A program made the translations under genes and the position numbers. From the NCBI GenBank assembly GCA_014381505.1, contig JACNLK010000033.1:4583-68582 (forward strand): 64,000 bases of DNA, written 5' to 3'. The stretch is from Candidatus Desulfatifera sulfidica (GTDB lineage Bacteria > Desulfobacterota > Desulfobulbia > Desulfobulbales > Desulfocapsaceae). Under the pieces are notes generated by a model. The model worked only from the letters and a program-made list of their open reading frames with translations. It did not search any database and was not told the origin of the DNA. Below, piece by piece: positions 10,472-21,147 of the stretch (within the stretch, counting starts at the first letter, position 1; each line of letters starts with the position of its first letter).

Positions 10472-10602
10472 CTTTGAAAAATTAGGATTTTCGTTCAAGA
10501 TAAAGGCGCGCTCAAAATTTTACCGCAGGCATATAGCCGATATTCCGAGGATAAAATTTTGAGCGCAACGCAGATCTTGGGTGAAAAGACAATTTTTCAA
10601 GG
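10472..10602. repeat. ~130-nt long imperfect palindrome (MITE-like element, structured RNA or bidirectional terminator)
   Basis: Outer arms are CTTTGAAAAATT / AATTTTTCAAGG. The inner stem is a perfect 15-bp GCGCTCAAAATTTTA / TAAAATTTTGAGCGC, with CAAGAT/ATCTTG and TTTTC/GAAAA blocks between. It sits in the convergent gap between the 195-aa ORF and ablB and is flanked by TA on both sides. Confidence 0.6.
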
Positions 10603-10713
10603 TAGCCATAAGTCTCAGGCTGGAAGCCATCACTAACAGAGGGATTGCATTATGTCGATCTAGCCCTTGTTTCCCTCTCCGAATTTCATCAAAATATGCC
10701 TTTCATTCTGAAG

Positions 10714-11574
10714 TCAGTCAGAAATGAATTTGTACCAGATGGTCATGCTGTCTATTTTCCCGGAAATATTGGTATTGTTTTTCAGCCGTCCTCCGTATGA
10801 ATAACCGAGTTTAGCAAAGGTAATATTCATGCTGGCAGATACTGCCCGGGCAATGGTATATGAGGTTTTTATCCCTTTTCGCGCGACCTCTTTTTCCATC
10901 CGCCTGAGTAAATGGACGGCCAGACTATTACCTCGATACTCTGGGAGAGTCGCAAAATCGGTCATTTCAACATTTTGTGCAGACCTGTCAATTTCAGCAG
11001 AAGAAAGCGCGATGAACTTTCCATTTCTTTCAATGCCAAAATAATCGACATTCTTTTGCATGGTATCCAGCAAAAACGAGGGCTCATGGATCGGGAAAGG
11101 ATACGTCGTAAAAAGAGCCCCATAGATTGCCGCCATCTCTTCAACATCACTTACCTGGCATTGGCGCAGGGTAAACTCCGACTCATTCAGGGGACGGATC
11201 GGTGTTTCTGCCTTATCGTGGGCGAGATGAAGAATTTTATCCAGAGAAGCGGGGTTTATTTCGAACGATCGTGCCTCACTCAGGTAATACCCCATGAAAA
11301 TTCCTGTTTCGGAATCGTTGTAAAACCGGGGAATTGCAGCTTCCTCAACATAGCCCACCCCGGCAAACTGCCCTGAAGATCCTGCCGGAATTTTAACAAA
11401 TATTTTTGAGTAACCATGCTGTTTTGCCATGGCAATCAAGTCCGCAGCAAGGCTCTTGTCTTCCCCCTGCTTCATTAAATAAATCCGATCGTTGTATGGT
11501 CCATGCTGGATGATCGAGCCACCAGGCAGCACCTCCAATCGATCTAGTACAAGCTCAGACATGAAATCTTTCAA
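10714..11574 (-). CDS. ablB: GNAT acetyltransferase, beta-lysine N6-acetyltransferase (AblB)-like
   Basis: 286 aa. The N-terminal '[11 protein letters not shown]' block is followed by a C-terminal GNAT fold ('[21 protein letters not shown]'). Its start overlaps the stop of the lysine 2,3-aminomutase gene by 4 nt (ATGA). Confidence 0.75.
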   Translation of the reverse strand: MKDFMSELVLDRLEVLPGGSIIQHGPYNDRIYLMKQGEDKSLAADLIAMAKQHGYSKIFVKIPAGSSGQFAGVGYVEEAAIPRFYNDSETGIFMGYYLSEARSFEINPASLDKILHLAHDKAETPIRPLNESEFTLRQCQVSDVEEMAAIYGALFTTYPFPIHEPSFLLDTMQKNVDYFGIERNGKFIALSSAEIDRSAQNVEMTDFATLPEYRGNSLAVHLLRRMEKEVARKGIKTSYTIARAVSASMNITFAKLGYSYGGRLKNNTNISGKIDSMTIWYKFISD

Positions 11575-12869
11575 TCCCTTCGCTCGAGGCGAGAATTATT
11601 TTTCGGAACCAGGGCAATGGTATCGTTGGAATCAGCCAGTAATCTTTCAATTCCCATGGACTTGGTTTCATCCGCGTCTTCCAGCGAGAGTTGCAGGTTG
11701 CATTCTTTGCAATCTCTTTCACAGTAATTCTGCTCGTAAGAATCAGGCTCATTATAGGTGGTAATGACACCTTCATAATTTCGCAAAACCACTTTGTTGG
11801 TTGACCAGGAGATCAGGTAATTAGGCATAATCGGGATTTTGCCTCCGCCACCTGGGGCGTCGATAACATAGGTCGGGACACATAAGCCGCTGGTGTGGCC
11901 AATCAAGCTTTCGAGAATTTCAATCCCCTTGCCAACCGGCGTTCTGAAGTGGGTCAGTCCCTCAGATAAATCACACTGATAGAGATAGTAAGGCCGGACT
12001 CGATTGGCCACCAGTTTATGAACCAAGGAGCGCATGACCCGGGGGCAATCATTAACACCCGCCAGCAGAACCGATTGATTGCCAAGGGGGATGCCCGCAT
12101 CGGCAAGTTTCTTCAACGCCAGCCTTGATGATGCCGTCAGCTCACGGGGATGATTGAAATGAGTGTTAATCCAGATGGGTTGATGCTTTTTGAGCATTTC
12201 CACTAACTCATCCGTAATTCGTGACGGCAGGACAACCGGTGTACGTGTACCAATTCGTATGATTTCGACATGCTCAATGGCTTTCAGTTCTGTGAGAATC
12301 CAGTCCAGATAATCTGTCGATAAAAGAAAGGGATCACCACCACTCAAAAGGACATCCCGGATCTGTTGATTCTTCCGTATATAGTCAATCCCCTTCATGA
12401 TTTGGGCGCGACCAGGTACGGTATCCCGATCTCCGACCCGCCGCTTTCTGGTACAGTGACGGCAATACATGGAACATATATTACTGACCAGCAACAATGC
12501 ACGATCGGGGTAGCGGTGTATCAGGCCAGGAACCGGACTGTCCTTATCCTCGTGCAGAGGATCAGGCATATCATTTCTCCCCACATGCAACTCATTGATT
12601 ACCGGAAAGCTCTGTTTAAAGATCGGGTCATTTTCCAAATCATCAATCTTTATCAAAGACAGATAATACGGTGTGATGGCCATGGGAAATTTTTCAATAA
12701 TTGAGCGAAAATTTTCACGAACATCATCGGGGAGCCGCACTTTGAGCAGCGTTTCAAAGGTCTTCAGATCTTTGATGCAGTGTTTGATTTGCCACTTCCA
12801 GTCTTTCCATTTGCTGACCGAACTTCCATCAATTTCTTCGAGTATCTCTTTTTGCTGTAAACTGAGCAT
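11571..12869 (-). CDS. ablA: Lysine 2,3-aminomutase (radical SAM, KamA/AblA)
   Basis: '[13 protein letters not shown]' CxxxCxxC cluster, 'LLSGGDP', and '[12 protein letters not shown]' motifs are diagnostic of KamA-family aminomutases. AGGAG lies upstream of the ATG. Confidence 0.9.
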   Translation of the reverse strand: MLSLQQKEILEEIDGSSVSKWKDWKWQIKHCIKDLKTFETLLKVRLPDDVRENFRSIIEKFPMAITPYYLSLIKIDDLENDPIFKQSFPVINELHVGRNDMPDPLHEDKDSPVPGLIHRYPDRALLLVSNICSMYCRHCTRKRRVGDRDTVPGRAQIMKGIDYIRKNQQIRDVLLSGGDPFLLSTDYLDWILTELKAIEHVEIIRIGTRTPVVLPSRITDELVEMLKKHQPIWINTHFNHPRELTASSRLALKKLADAGIPLGNQSVLLAGVNDCPRVMRSLVHKLVANRVRPYYLYQCDLSEGLTHFRTPVGKGIEILESLIGHTSGLCVPTYVIDAPGGGGKIPIMPNYLISWSTNKVVLRNYEGVITTYNEPDSYEQNYCERDCKECNLQLSLEDADETKSMGIERLLADSNDTIALVPKNNSRLERRD

Positions 12870-12901
12870 GGGTCTCCTTTTATACTTGTTTGATACATCT
12901 G

Positions 12902-13396
12902 TCAGTTATTGACGGTAACCTGCTCACGGGGGAACAGGTTGGGAGAAGCATCAATCTTTTCAACTTCCATAAGCGTGACGACTCGTTCAAGTGATTCTGT
13001 TAGAACCAACTGTTCCTCATCAGACAGTTCAGAGAGCGAGGCGGCCAGTTTGTCCTGAAGTAAGGACGGGGCTTTAGAAATGATATTCTTGCCGGAAGAG
13101 GTAATTTCCAAACTCACCTTCCGGCGGTCTTTGACGGATCTGCTTCTGGTCAAGAACTGTTTTATTTCCAGCCGATCGATTATCCCGTTCACCGTGCTTA
13201 CGCCAAGATTAACTTCTCTGGCAAGATCGGTAAGGATCATGCTCTCAGATTTAGCTAATGCATGCAGACACAAAAGTTGAGGTGTTGTAAGACCCAACTT
13301 CGTGTTCAGTTTTTTGGAATAAATATCGACGGACCGAATAATGCGCCGCAAGGCACAAAGAACCCGATATTCATAATCGTACATTGTATTGTCCAC
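12902..13396 (-). CDS. MarR-family transcriptional regulator
   Basis: 164 aa. Winged-HTH pattern '[14 protein letters not shown]...[42 protein letters not shown]'. GTG start with AAGGA 5 nt upstream. Confidence 0.85.
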   Translation of the reverse strand: MDNTMYDYEYRVLCALRRIIRSVDIYSKKLNTKLGLTTPQLLCLHALAKSESMILTDLAREVNLGVSTVNGIIDRLEIKQFLTRSRSVKDRRKVSLEITSSGKNIISKAPSLLQDKLAASLSELSDEEQLVLTESLERVVTLMEVEKIDASPNLFPREQVTVNN

Positions 13397-13749
13397 AGAG
13401 ATCCTTCATGATAGAATGTTTCGTGTAAGAATTATTCCAGCAAGAACATAGTCCATGTGGGGAAATTTTACAAGGGCCCCCAAAATCACATTGTACTGAT
13501 CTATGGTTATCACTGGCTCTCTGGCTCTGAGGTCCTCCAAAAGAGAGTTACCGCCTCCCATGCATCAGGTTTTCAGGAAAGTCCGGAGAGGGGCAAAAAG
13601 AGAAGCAAATGTGTTAGCCGAAAGAGCGCAGCACGAAAGAGCGCAGCAAGGCAGTGCTCAAGAAAATTCTTGTGCCACAGAACAAGACAGGGCGTACAAA
13701 AGGAGAGAAAAGAGAGAGAGAGGGGGGACTGCCAACAACTGAAAGATGA

Positions 13750-15684
13750 TCAGCCGGCGGACTTTCTCAAGACCCGGACATCACCGATACGAATGGTCAG
13801 CTTGATGCGATCAAGATACTCAAGGAGAGGGATAGAGAATTTTCGGGTCAGGCCGGTGAGGTTCTTGAAGCGCGGGGCATCGATTTCACCCTCAGCCTGG
13901 ATAAAGTCAGTAACCTGCTGTTTGAGAAGTTCCATGGTCGGGACATCGTAATAGAGACTCTCACTGACCTTGAGCAAGGCCCCATCCCGAACCAGAAGAG
14001 CCATGACCTCAACCACGACTTTCTCGGGATAGTCGCTGAAATGATCCATGGTCTCACGCAAGGTGGCGGTGGCCAGCCCTTTTTTCTGGTACCAACTGGA
14101 CAGTTCGGCTCGCACCTCCTGTTCATCGGCTTGCAAGGCAACACTGTGACTGAAAAGACGAACCGTGGATTCCTCTTGGACAATCTGCTCCTGCTTGATC
14201 AGTTCTGTCATGCAAAACTGGAAAACCCGGCCATCAAGTCCACGGCCAACGGAGGAGCGCAGTTCTTCCTTTGACAGGCCAATCTGCAAAGGCTGCTGCG
14301 TGTGATACTCTTTCAGCACTGCCAGCAGCTCTCCTTCAAGCCGATCAATAACCAAACGTGCAAGGTAGCGCTGGGCACCAGAATCAACCACCGCGATCTT
14401 ACCAGTCGACAGGGGAGCAGTGAGTGTTTTTTTGAGGGGTTTGCCAAACAGGCCCAGACGAATAGCCAGTTCATCCTGAGTCAAACCAATGGGCCCCGAC
14501 AGCTCCAGAAAATAAAGGATTCGATCTTCGATCTCCCCTCGCTGAAGAAGTCGCAATTGTTCACGATTACGATTCCTGTCCGAGTCACTCAACCTTTTCC
14601 GTTTACGTGGCGTCAGGTTATCCAGGACTGCACCGCCACCAATGGTCATGATCGGTGAATAACTGCGCACCACATAGCGATCACCAGGCCAGACAACCAC
14701 AGGTTCTTCAAAGAGCAGTTGAACAGGAGCCTCATGACCGGGCAGCAGCTCATTGCGTTCCAGTAGGGAGATTCTGGCCATGTACTCGCCAGTCCCCAGA
14801 TGGACCCGCACGCGGGTTCGATGCTTGAGCGGTTTGGTATTGGATGAGAGATAGAAAAAATCGCAGTCGAGCATATAAGAGGGGCTCAGGCAGCCAGGTG
14901 TGGCTGCAACCATACCTCTATCAATATTCAGTATCTCGACGCCCTGAAGATTAATGGCGGTGCGATGCCCGGCCTCCACTGTTTCAGCATCAGTGGAATG
15001 AACCTGCAAGCCGCGAACTTTGGCTTGCAGCTCTGATGGATAAAGGCGCAGAGGCTCGCCAATTGAGACTCTCCCGGAAATTGAAGTGCCGGTGATAACC
15101 GCCCCGAAACCCTTCATGGCAAAGATCCGATCCACAGAGAGACGAAAGGGACCGTGAGCCTCCCGGAATTCCTGGGCAGCAACAAAGTCATTAAGGACCG
15201 TACGCAGTTCATCAATGCCTTGGCCGGTAATCGATGATACGTGGAGACAGGGGGCCTCTTCGAGAAAACTGTCAGCACAGAAATCCCGAACCTCTTCCTC
15301 AACCATCTCCAGCCATTCGGGTTCAACCATGTCGATCTTAGTCAACACGACAATCCCGGCCTTGACCCCAAGGAGACGGCAGATTTCAAAATGTTCCCGA
15401 GTCTGGGGCATGATGCCCTCATCGGCCGCCACAATAAAAGCCACCAGGTCCATTCCCGAAACCCCGGCGACCATATTCTTGACGAACTTCTCATGGCCCG
15501 GCACATCAACAATACCCAGGCGATGGCCACAGGGGAGATCAAGGTAGGCAAAGCCAAGTTCTATGGTAATGCCACGCTTCTTCTCTTCTTTCAGACGATC
15601 TGTTTCAATACCAGTCAACGCCCGGACAAGACTGGTCTTGCCGTGATCCACATGACCGGCTGTGCCAAGAACTATTTCGCGCAT
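13750..15684 (-). CDS. selB: Selenocysteine-specific translation elongation factor SelB
   Basis: EF-Tu-like G domain '[13 protein letters not shown]', 'DVPGHEKF' and 'LTKID'. A long C-terminal winged-helix extension follows. Length is 644 aa. Confidence 0.93.
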   Translation of the reverse strand: MREIVLGTAGHVDHGKTSLVRALTGIETDRLKEEKKRGITIELGFAYLDLPCGHRLGIVDVPGHEKFVKNMVAGVSGMDLVAFIVAADEGIMPQTREHFEICRLLGVKAGIVVLTKIDMVEPEWLEMVEEEVRDFCADSFLEEAPCLHVSSITGQGIDELRTVLNDFVAAQEFREAHGPFRLSVDRIFAMKGFGAVITGTSISGRVSIGEPLRLYPSELQAKVRGLQVHSTDAETVEAGHRTAINLQGVEILNIDRGMVAATPGCLSPSYMLDCDFFYLSSNTKPLKHRTRVRVHLGTGEYMARISLLERNELLPGHEAPVQLLFEEPVVVWPGDRYVVRSYSPIMTIGGGAVLDNLTPRKRKRLSDSDRNRNREQLRLLQRGEIEDRILYFLELSGPIGLTQDELAIRLGLFGKPLKKTLTAPLSTGKIAVVDSGAQRYLARLVIDRLEGELLAVLKEYHTQQPLQIGLSKEELRSSVGRGLDGRVFQFCMTELIKQEQIVQEESTVRLFSHSVALQADEQEVRAELSSWYQKKGLATATLRETMDHFSDYPEKVVVEVMALLVRDGALLKVSESLYYDVPTMELLKQQVTDFIQAEGEIDAPRFKNLTGLTRKFSIPLLEYLDRIKLTIRIGDVRVLRKSAG

Positions 15685-15750
15685 AGATCAACCCACAGAA
15701 AACAAGAAGGAGGACGAAAGGACTGCATCGGTTACAGAATCAGGGCAGAA

Positions 15751-16380
15751 TTAGCTGATATACGGATTTTCGCGTTTTTCAGAACCGATGGTCGAACGAC
15801 TGCCGCCATAGCCATGACCCGGCCAGACCACAGTCTCATCAGGCAAGACCAGGAGCCTGGTGGTAATGGAACTGATCAACTGCTCATGGGATCCACCAGG
15901 AAAATCAGTACGACCAAGACCACCCACAAAAAGGGTATCTCCTGTGAACAGATCAGGGGCATGATACAGACAGATGCCGCCCGGAGTGTGGCCGGGGGTA
16001 TGAATCACCCGCAGCGCTTCCTCACCGACCATGATCACATCATCATCTTTTACCAGAAGATCGGGTGCAGGCGAGGCCTCAAGCCCCAGAACTGAGAAGA
16101 ACTTTTCTGTCTCGGGTCGGGCAAAAAATTCGGCATCGACTTCATGCATAACGATCTGAGCGCCGGTGGCCTCTTTGAGCAAACGGTTGGAACAGACATG
16201 ATCAGGATGACCATGGGTGGCAATAATCGAGGTCAATGACAGTTGTTTATCGGCTATTGCAGCCAGAATCTGGTTCTCGTCACCGCCGGGATCGATCACC
16301 GCACATTCACGGGTCTTCTCACAGGCAACAATATAACAGCAAACCCCCATCATCCCGACGGTCAATTGTTGAATCAACAT
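15751..16380 (-). CDS. MBL-fold metallo-hydrolase (glyoxalase II-like)
   Basis: 'ATHGHPDH' metal motif and 'HTPGHTPG'. ATG at 16380 (MLIQQLTVG...) is preferred over the TTG at 16392. Confidence 0.85.
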   Translation of the reverse strand: MLIQQLTVGMMGVCCYIVACEKTRECAVIDPGGDENQILAAIADKQLSLTSIIATHGHPDHVCSNRLLKEATGAQIVMHEVDAEFFARPETEKFFSVLGLEASPAPDLLVKDDDVIMVGEEALRVIHTPGHTPGGICLYHAPDLFTGDTLFVGGLGRTDFPGGSHEQLISSITTRLLVLPDETVVWPGHGYGGSRSTIGSEKRENPYIS

Positions 16381-16451
16381 AAAAACACACAAGAAAAGAA
16401 AAAACAGAAACCCGGCGAGGTATCAGTCGATGCCTCGCCGGGAGAAGGTTA

Positions 16452-17414
16452 TCAGCAATCGCAGCTTGTGGGATTGCACGGTCCGCCGCCACAGCCGCAG
16501 CCACTGTCGGCCATGTTCAGAGTGGTGGGTGGAGCAACCGGTGGCAGTCGAGTCTCAACGGCAGTAATCACTGCACCAAAGGCAGCAGTAGCCGGGCTCT
16601 CAGCATCCGAAGTAAGATACGGAACGCCATCATCGCCAGCAATAACTACTCTGGGATCCATGGGCACGCGACCGAGGAAGGGAAGATCAAATTCACGAGC
16701 GATCTCCTCACCACCACCGGTCTTAAAAATATTCACGGTCTCGTTACAATGGGGACAGACAAGTCCGGACATATTTTCGACAACACCAACAATATCCATC
16801 TTCACAGTCGTACAGAAGTTAATGGACTTACGGACATCGGCCAGAGCAACCTTCTGCGGAGTTGTCACCACAACAGCTTTGACATGAGGAATGGTCTGAG
16901 CCACGGATAAAGGTTCATCTCCTGTACCGGGAGGGGCATCAATAATCAGATAATCAAGCTCACCCCAATCAAAATCAGCGACAAACTGACGAATGGCCTG
17001 AATTTTCAGCGGGCCACGCCAGATTATGGCCTCATCACGATCCTTCATCATATACTCGAGAGAAACCACTTTTAAATTGTCATTATACTCCAAAGGAGCA
17101 ACCAGAGCGTCCGGTGTGGCTGGCGGCTCAAGACTGCCCTTCATATCAAGCATTCTGATCACGTCGGGTCCATGAATATCCACATCCATCAGACCAACTT
17201 TGTGGCCACGCTTGGCAAGGCCCAGAGCCAGATTAACTGAGACCGTGGACTTACCAACACCACCCTTACCGCTCATGACCAGAATTTTGTTTTTGATCTT
17301 ACCAAGTGAACGAGTAATGGCATTGTCCTGCTGGGCAATGGCCGCCTGTTGCGACTCGGGGGTGGAGCATGAACCGCTGGAACACGAACTGCTGGAACCA
17401 CATGAACTGGACAT
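16452..17414 (-). CDS. apbC: Mrp/NBP35 (ApbC) family Fe-S cluster carrier ATPase with Cys-rich termini
   Basis: Deviant Walker A 'MSGKGGVGKSTVS' and 'CPHC' motif. Ser/Cys-rich N-terminus and 'GCGCGGGPCNPTSCDC' C-terminus. Confidence 0.9.
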   Translation of the reverse strand: MSSSCGSSSSCSSGSCSTPESQQAAIAQQDNAITRSLGKIKNKILVMSGKGGVGKSTVSVNLALGLAKRGHKVGLMDVDIHGPDVIRMLDMKGSLEPPATPDALVAPLEYNDNLKVVSLEYMMKDRDEAIIWRGPLKIQAIRQFVADFDWGELDYLIIDAPPGTGDEPLSVAQTIPHVKAVVVTTPQKVALADVRKSINFCTTVKMDIVGVVENMSGLVCPHCNETVNIFKTGGGEEIAREFDLPFLGRVPMDPRVVIAGDDGVPYLTSDAESPATAAFGAVITAVETRLPPVAPPTTLNMADSGCGCGGGPCNPTSCDC

Positions 17415-17707
17415 AATTGTTTCCTCCTGCCAACTATAGAATATAGAATAAAAAAGGTGACGATATTAAAACTGCTGTAAAATGAACTGCGTCACATACA
17501 GTAATGCTCTTGCGCGGAAATGCAACGGAAAACAATGGGCCCAACGCGAAGCAGAGTACTACAAATTTAAGCCTACAAATAAACAAGAAAGCCTTTTTAT
17601 TGCTTTCTGCTCCATCTAGCCTTACTATTGAAAGTTTTTGCATAGAATATATTCAGGTTTAAAACCAATTTTGCTGTATCCCATCTCTGACTCAAAGGAA
17701 CTGATTC

Positions 17708-18991
17708 ATGCTCGGCTGGTTCAAAAAGAAATTTACGAAAACACCAACACCACCACCTGAAGAAATTCTCGAAGACGGCCCGGTTGTTGAAGAAGAGACG
17801 CCTCTGGCCCCCGAGTCACTTCCTGAAGCTCAAGCATCTGCAGAAACAACCACCGAAACACTATTAAAAGAGATAACAGATCCGGCCCCTGAACCTGAAG
17901 AGACCGAAGCGACCGTTATAGCTGAACCTGTACCTGAGCCTGAGCCTGAGCCCACACCAATAACAGCCCAACCTGAAGTCGAAAATAAAATTGTAGCGAA
18001 AGCGCTACCTGAACAGGAAGTCAACGCCGAAGACCAGGCTCCGCCCCAGACCGCTGAAAAGAAAACCAGTTCCATGTTCCAGCGCCTCAGCCAACGATTG
18101 GCCAAAACCCGTGACTCCTTTGTCCATCAGCTTGACACCCTCTTTCTCGGCAAAAAGATCATTGACGACGATCTGCTCGACGAACTGGAGGAAATCCTCA
18201 TTACTGCTGATATCGGTATCAACACGACCCTTGAACTTCTGGATGATGCCCGCCGCCGTGTTAAACGAAAAGAGCTGTCCGATCCGCAATCCCTGAAAAA
18301 AATTCTCAAGGAAAAAATACAAGCCCACATCCTCGATTCCAATCAACCCGCCGAACTGGTCATGCCCCAACAGGGTCCCTTTGTGATCATGGTCATCGGG
18401 GTCAATGGCGTGGGCAAAACCACGACCATTGGCAAAATCACCCGAAAGTTCAAACTGGCCGGGCAATCTGTCCTGCTGGTGGCGGCCGACACTTTTCGGG
18501 CCGCAGCGGTATCACAGCTGAAGATCTGGGGTGAACGTAATCAGGTTCCGGTTATTGCCCACAAGGAAGGGGCCGACCCCTCATCAGTCGTCTATGATGC
18601 CCTGGACGATGCCCATAAATATGATGTGGTTATCGTTGACACGGCCGGCCGCCTCCACACGCAAACCAATCTGATGGAAGAGCTGAAAAAGATTAAACGT
18701 GTGATGAACAAAAAAATGCCCGGGGCTCCGCACGAAATCCTGCTGGTTCTCGATGCCACCACCGGCCAAAATGCAATTTCCCAGGCTAAACTGTTCAACG
18801 AGGCCGTTACCATCACCGGACTTGCTCTCACCAAACTCGACGGCACAGCCAAGGGTGGAATCATCGTCAATATCTGTCGTGAACTGAAAATTCCCGTCCG
18901 CTTTATTGGTATCGGAGAAAAAGTGGAAGACCTGCGCGACTTTGACGCAGGTGAATTCGTCGACGCCCTGTTCCAGGAAACCACCAACTAA
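17708..18991 (+). CDS. ftsY: Signal recognition particle receptor FtsY
   Basis: Acidic Pro/Glu-rich N-domain, then an NG domain with '[13 protein letters not shown]', 'DTAGR' and '[10 protein letters not shown]'. Confidence 0.93.
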   Translation: MLGWFKKKFTKTPTPPPEEILEDGPVVEEETPLAPESLPEAQASAETTTETLLKEITDPAPEPEETEATVIAEPVPEPEPEPTPITAQPEVENKIVAKALPEQEVNAEDQAPPQTAEKKTSSMFQRLSQRLAKTRDSFVHQLDTLFLGKKIIDDDLLDELEEILITADIGINTTLELLDDARRRVKRKELSDPQSLKKILKEKIQAHILDSNQPAELVMPQQGPFVIMVIGVNGVGKTTTIGKITRKFKLAGQSVLLVAADTFRAAAVSQLKIWGERNQVPVIAHKEGADPSSVVYDALDDAHKYDVVIVDTAGRLHTQTNLMEELKKIKRVMNKKMPGAPHEILLVLDATTGQNAISQAKLFNEAVTITGLALTKLDGTAKGGIIVNICRELKIPVRFIGIGEKVEDLRDFDAGEFVDALFQETTN

Positions 18992-19002
18992 TCAAAACAA
19001 CC

Positions 19003-19833
19003 ATGGCCTATCGACAACAACGACCACCTGGCTGCGGCGGCTGCCTGCTCATCATGCTGCTCTTTGTCTTTCTCACCGGCGGCGCACCCGCCCTTGTCAA
19101 TGTCCTCGGAGCCATTATTTTTTCAGGTCTGGCCGGAATTCTCCTGTTCATCGGCGCCTTCTGGGGTTTCAGCTACTGGGTCAAGAAAAAAATTATCAGT
19201 TACGAATCCACCCAGAGTGAGAGCCACAATCGTTTTGTCTGGCTGCTGATCAACATCCTGATCCACATCGCCAAGCATGACGGTGTACTCACCAGGGAAG
19301 AAATTGCGACCATCCAGCGTTTTTTTCAAATCAACCTTCGATACTCCCAAGCCCAGATGTACTGGGTCAAGGATATGATCAAGGAGGCCGTGGCCGCTGA
19401 TCAGTCCCTGGATTCCTTACTCATGGAATTCAAAAACTCCTTTGGCTATGAACCACGGCTGATTCTTCTGGAGCTGATCTATCAGATCCTCTATACTAAA
19501 GTCGATGTTTCAGAGTCCGAATTGCGGGCCGCCCATAACGTTGCTGCCTTTCTTGAGATTTCTGCATATGACCAGCGGACAATCGAAGCCAAATACATGT
19601 ACCGGCAGTATCAACAGTCAAGCACTGCGCAAGGAACAGCCGATCATTACTACGCGGTTCTTGGCCTCGAGCCTGGGGCTGACATGACAACGATCAAGAG
19701 TGCATACCGAAAGCTGAGCATGCAATATCACCCGGACAAAGTCAGTCACCTGGGTGAGGAGTTTCGTGGAGTGGCTGAAGAGAAGATGAAAGAGATCAAC
19801 GCAGCTTACGACTATTTCAAAAAAAGACAATAG
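19003..19833 (+). CDS. djlA: DjlA-like membrane co-chaperone (TerB-like domain + C-terminal J domain)
   Basis: N-terminal TM helices, a central '[16 protein letters not shown]' TerB-like segment, and a C-terminal J domain '[31 protein letters not shown]'. Confidence 0.75.
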   Translation: MAYRQQRPPGCGGCLLIMLLFVFLTGGAPALVNVLGAIIFSGLAGILLFIGAFWGFSYWVKKKIISYESTQSESHNRFVWLLINILIHIAKHDGVLTREEIATIQRFFQINLRYSQAQMYWVKDMIKEAVAADQSLDSLLMEFKNSFGYEPRLILLELIYQILYTKVDVSESELRAAHNVAAFLEISAYDQRTIEAKYMYRQYQQSSTAQGTADHYYAVLGLEPGADMTTIKSAYRKLSMQYHPDKVSHLGEEFRGVAEEKMKEINAAYDYFKKRQ

Positions 19834-19849
19834 AGCAAGGAGAACCACC

Positions 19850-21028
19850 ATGGCTATTTCACACAAGATGAAGGGATTTTCCGAAAAATCATCCTGGATT
19901 CGCAAGATGTTTGAAGAAGGCGCTAAGATGAAGGCTCAACACGGGGTTGAGAACGTCTTTGACTTCAGTCTTGGCAACCCTGATGTGCCACCACCACCAC
20001 AGTTTTACGATGTGATCAGCGAGATCGCCGCCGACAAATCCCCGGGACTCCATGCCTACATGCCCAATGGCGGTTATCCGTGGGTACGCCAGGCCCTGGC
20101 CGCCCGGATGTCAGCTGAACAGGGCGTGGACATCCATCACGGCGACATGCTCATGACCTGCGGCGCAGCCGGAGCCTTAAACGTGGTTATGAAGGCCCTG
20201 CTCAACCCGGGCGATGAGGTGATTCTGCTTGCTCCATATTTTGTCGAATACGGCTTCTATGTCGACAACCATGGTGGCGTCAGCCGGACAGTCAACACAG
20301 ATGACGAATTCAATCTCGATATTGCTGCCATTGAGGCGGCTATCACCAGTAAGACCAAAGCGATCATCATCAACTCACCCAACAATCCAACCGGACAGAT
20401 TTATTCCCAGGAAAGCCTGAACCAACTGGGCGAAATGCTGGAGATAGCCGGCAGAAAAAACGAGACCACCATCTACCTGATCAGCGACGAACCATATCGC
20501 AAAATTGTCTATGACAATCACGAGGTCGCAAGTCTGTGCCAGGCCAGCCGCAACTCAATCGTCCTGTCCTCCTACTCCAAGGACCTGAGCCTGCCCGGTG
20601 AACGAATCGGTTATCTTGCCGTACACCCGGAAATAGAAGATAAAACTGCCCTGCTCGACGCCCTGACCTTGGCCAATCGCATACTGGGCTTTGTCAATGC
20701 CCCGGCACTGATGCAACGAGTGGTGGCCGAACTTCAGGATGTGACCATTGACAGTTCCATCTACACAAGACGGCGTGATCTATTCTGCCAGATTCTGGAA
20801 GAGGCTGGGTTTGATTTTGTTCCACCCAAGGGCGCATTCTATGTCTTCCCCAAGGCTCCCGGGGGCGACGATGTTGCCTTCTGTGCCCGACTTCAGGAAG
20901 AAAGGATACTCGCTGTCCCCGGACGCGGATTTGGCGCACCCGGATTTTTCCGCCTCGCCTTCTGTGTTGCCGACGATACCATTGCACGCTCCTCTGACGC
21001 ATTCAAGCGGGCAAGAGCTACTATCTGA
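19850..21028 (+). CDS. Class I/II PLP-dependent aminotransferase
   Basis: 'NSPNNPTG' and the PLP-lysine motif 'SYSKDLSLPGERIGY'. Length is 392 aa. Confidence 0.85.
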   Translation: MAISHKMKGFSEKSSWIRKMFEEGAKMKAQHGVENVFDFSLGNPDVPPPPQFYDVISEIAADKSPGLHAYMPNGGYPWVRQALAARMSAEQGVDIHHGDMLMTCGAAGALNVVMKALLNPGDEVILLAPYFVEYGFYVDNHGGVSRTVNTDDEFNLDIAAIEAAITSKTKAIIINSPNNPTGQIYSQESLNQLGEMLEIAGRKNETTIYLISDEPYRKIVYDNHEVASLCQASRNSIVLSSYSKDLSLPGERIGYLAVHPEIEDKTALLDALTLANRILGFVNAPALMQRVVAELQDVTIDSSIYTRRRDLFCQILEEAGFDFVPPKGAFYVFPKAPGGDDVAFCARLQEERILAVPGRGFGAPGFFRLAFCVADDTIARSSDAFKRARATI

Positions 21029-21081
21029 TATCGTTGTAACACTATCAAAGCGGAATCTGCTCACCAGAACACGTTCAGAAA

Positions 21082-21128
21082 CAGCAAAGCCCCGATCCAT
21101 TTCATGGACCGGGGCTTTGCTGTTTTCG
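21082..21128. terminator. Bidirectional rho-independent terminator (aminotransferase / der convergent gap)
   Basis: Perfect 13-bp stem CAGCAAAGCCCCG / CGGGGCTTTGCTG. 'TTTTCGG' follows on the + strand and an A-rich run precedes it, serving the - strand. Confidence 0.7.
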
Positions 21129-21147
21129 GTAAACTGTACAAACAAAT

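Noticed and set aside
13397-13749. Possible lysine riboswitch (L-box) ahead of marR-ablAB
   Set aside because: I read the minus-strand leader against the remembered L-box core (AGAGGNGC...GGAGAG...GUCGCC helices) and found no convincing match. Only a covariance-model scan could settle it.
13457-13951. 164-aa Arg/Lys/Ser-rich ORF covering the selB-marR spacer and the selB 3' end
   Set aside because: It has no RBS and overlaps selB antisense. Its sequence is dominated by translation of the purine tract and the tandem 15-mer, so it is judged non-coding.
15241-16095. 284-aa plus-strand ORF spanning the selB 5' end and the MBL-fold gene
   Set aside because: It is entirely antisense to two confidently recognised genes. 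It has low-complexity composition, no recognisable motif and no RBS. This is a typical shadow ORF.
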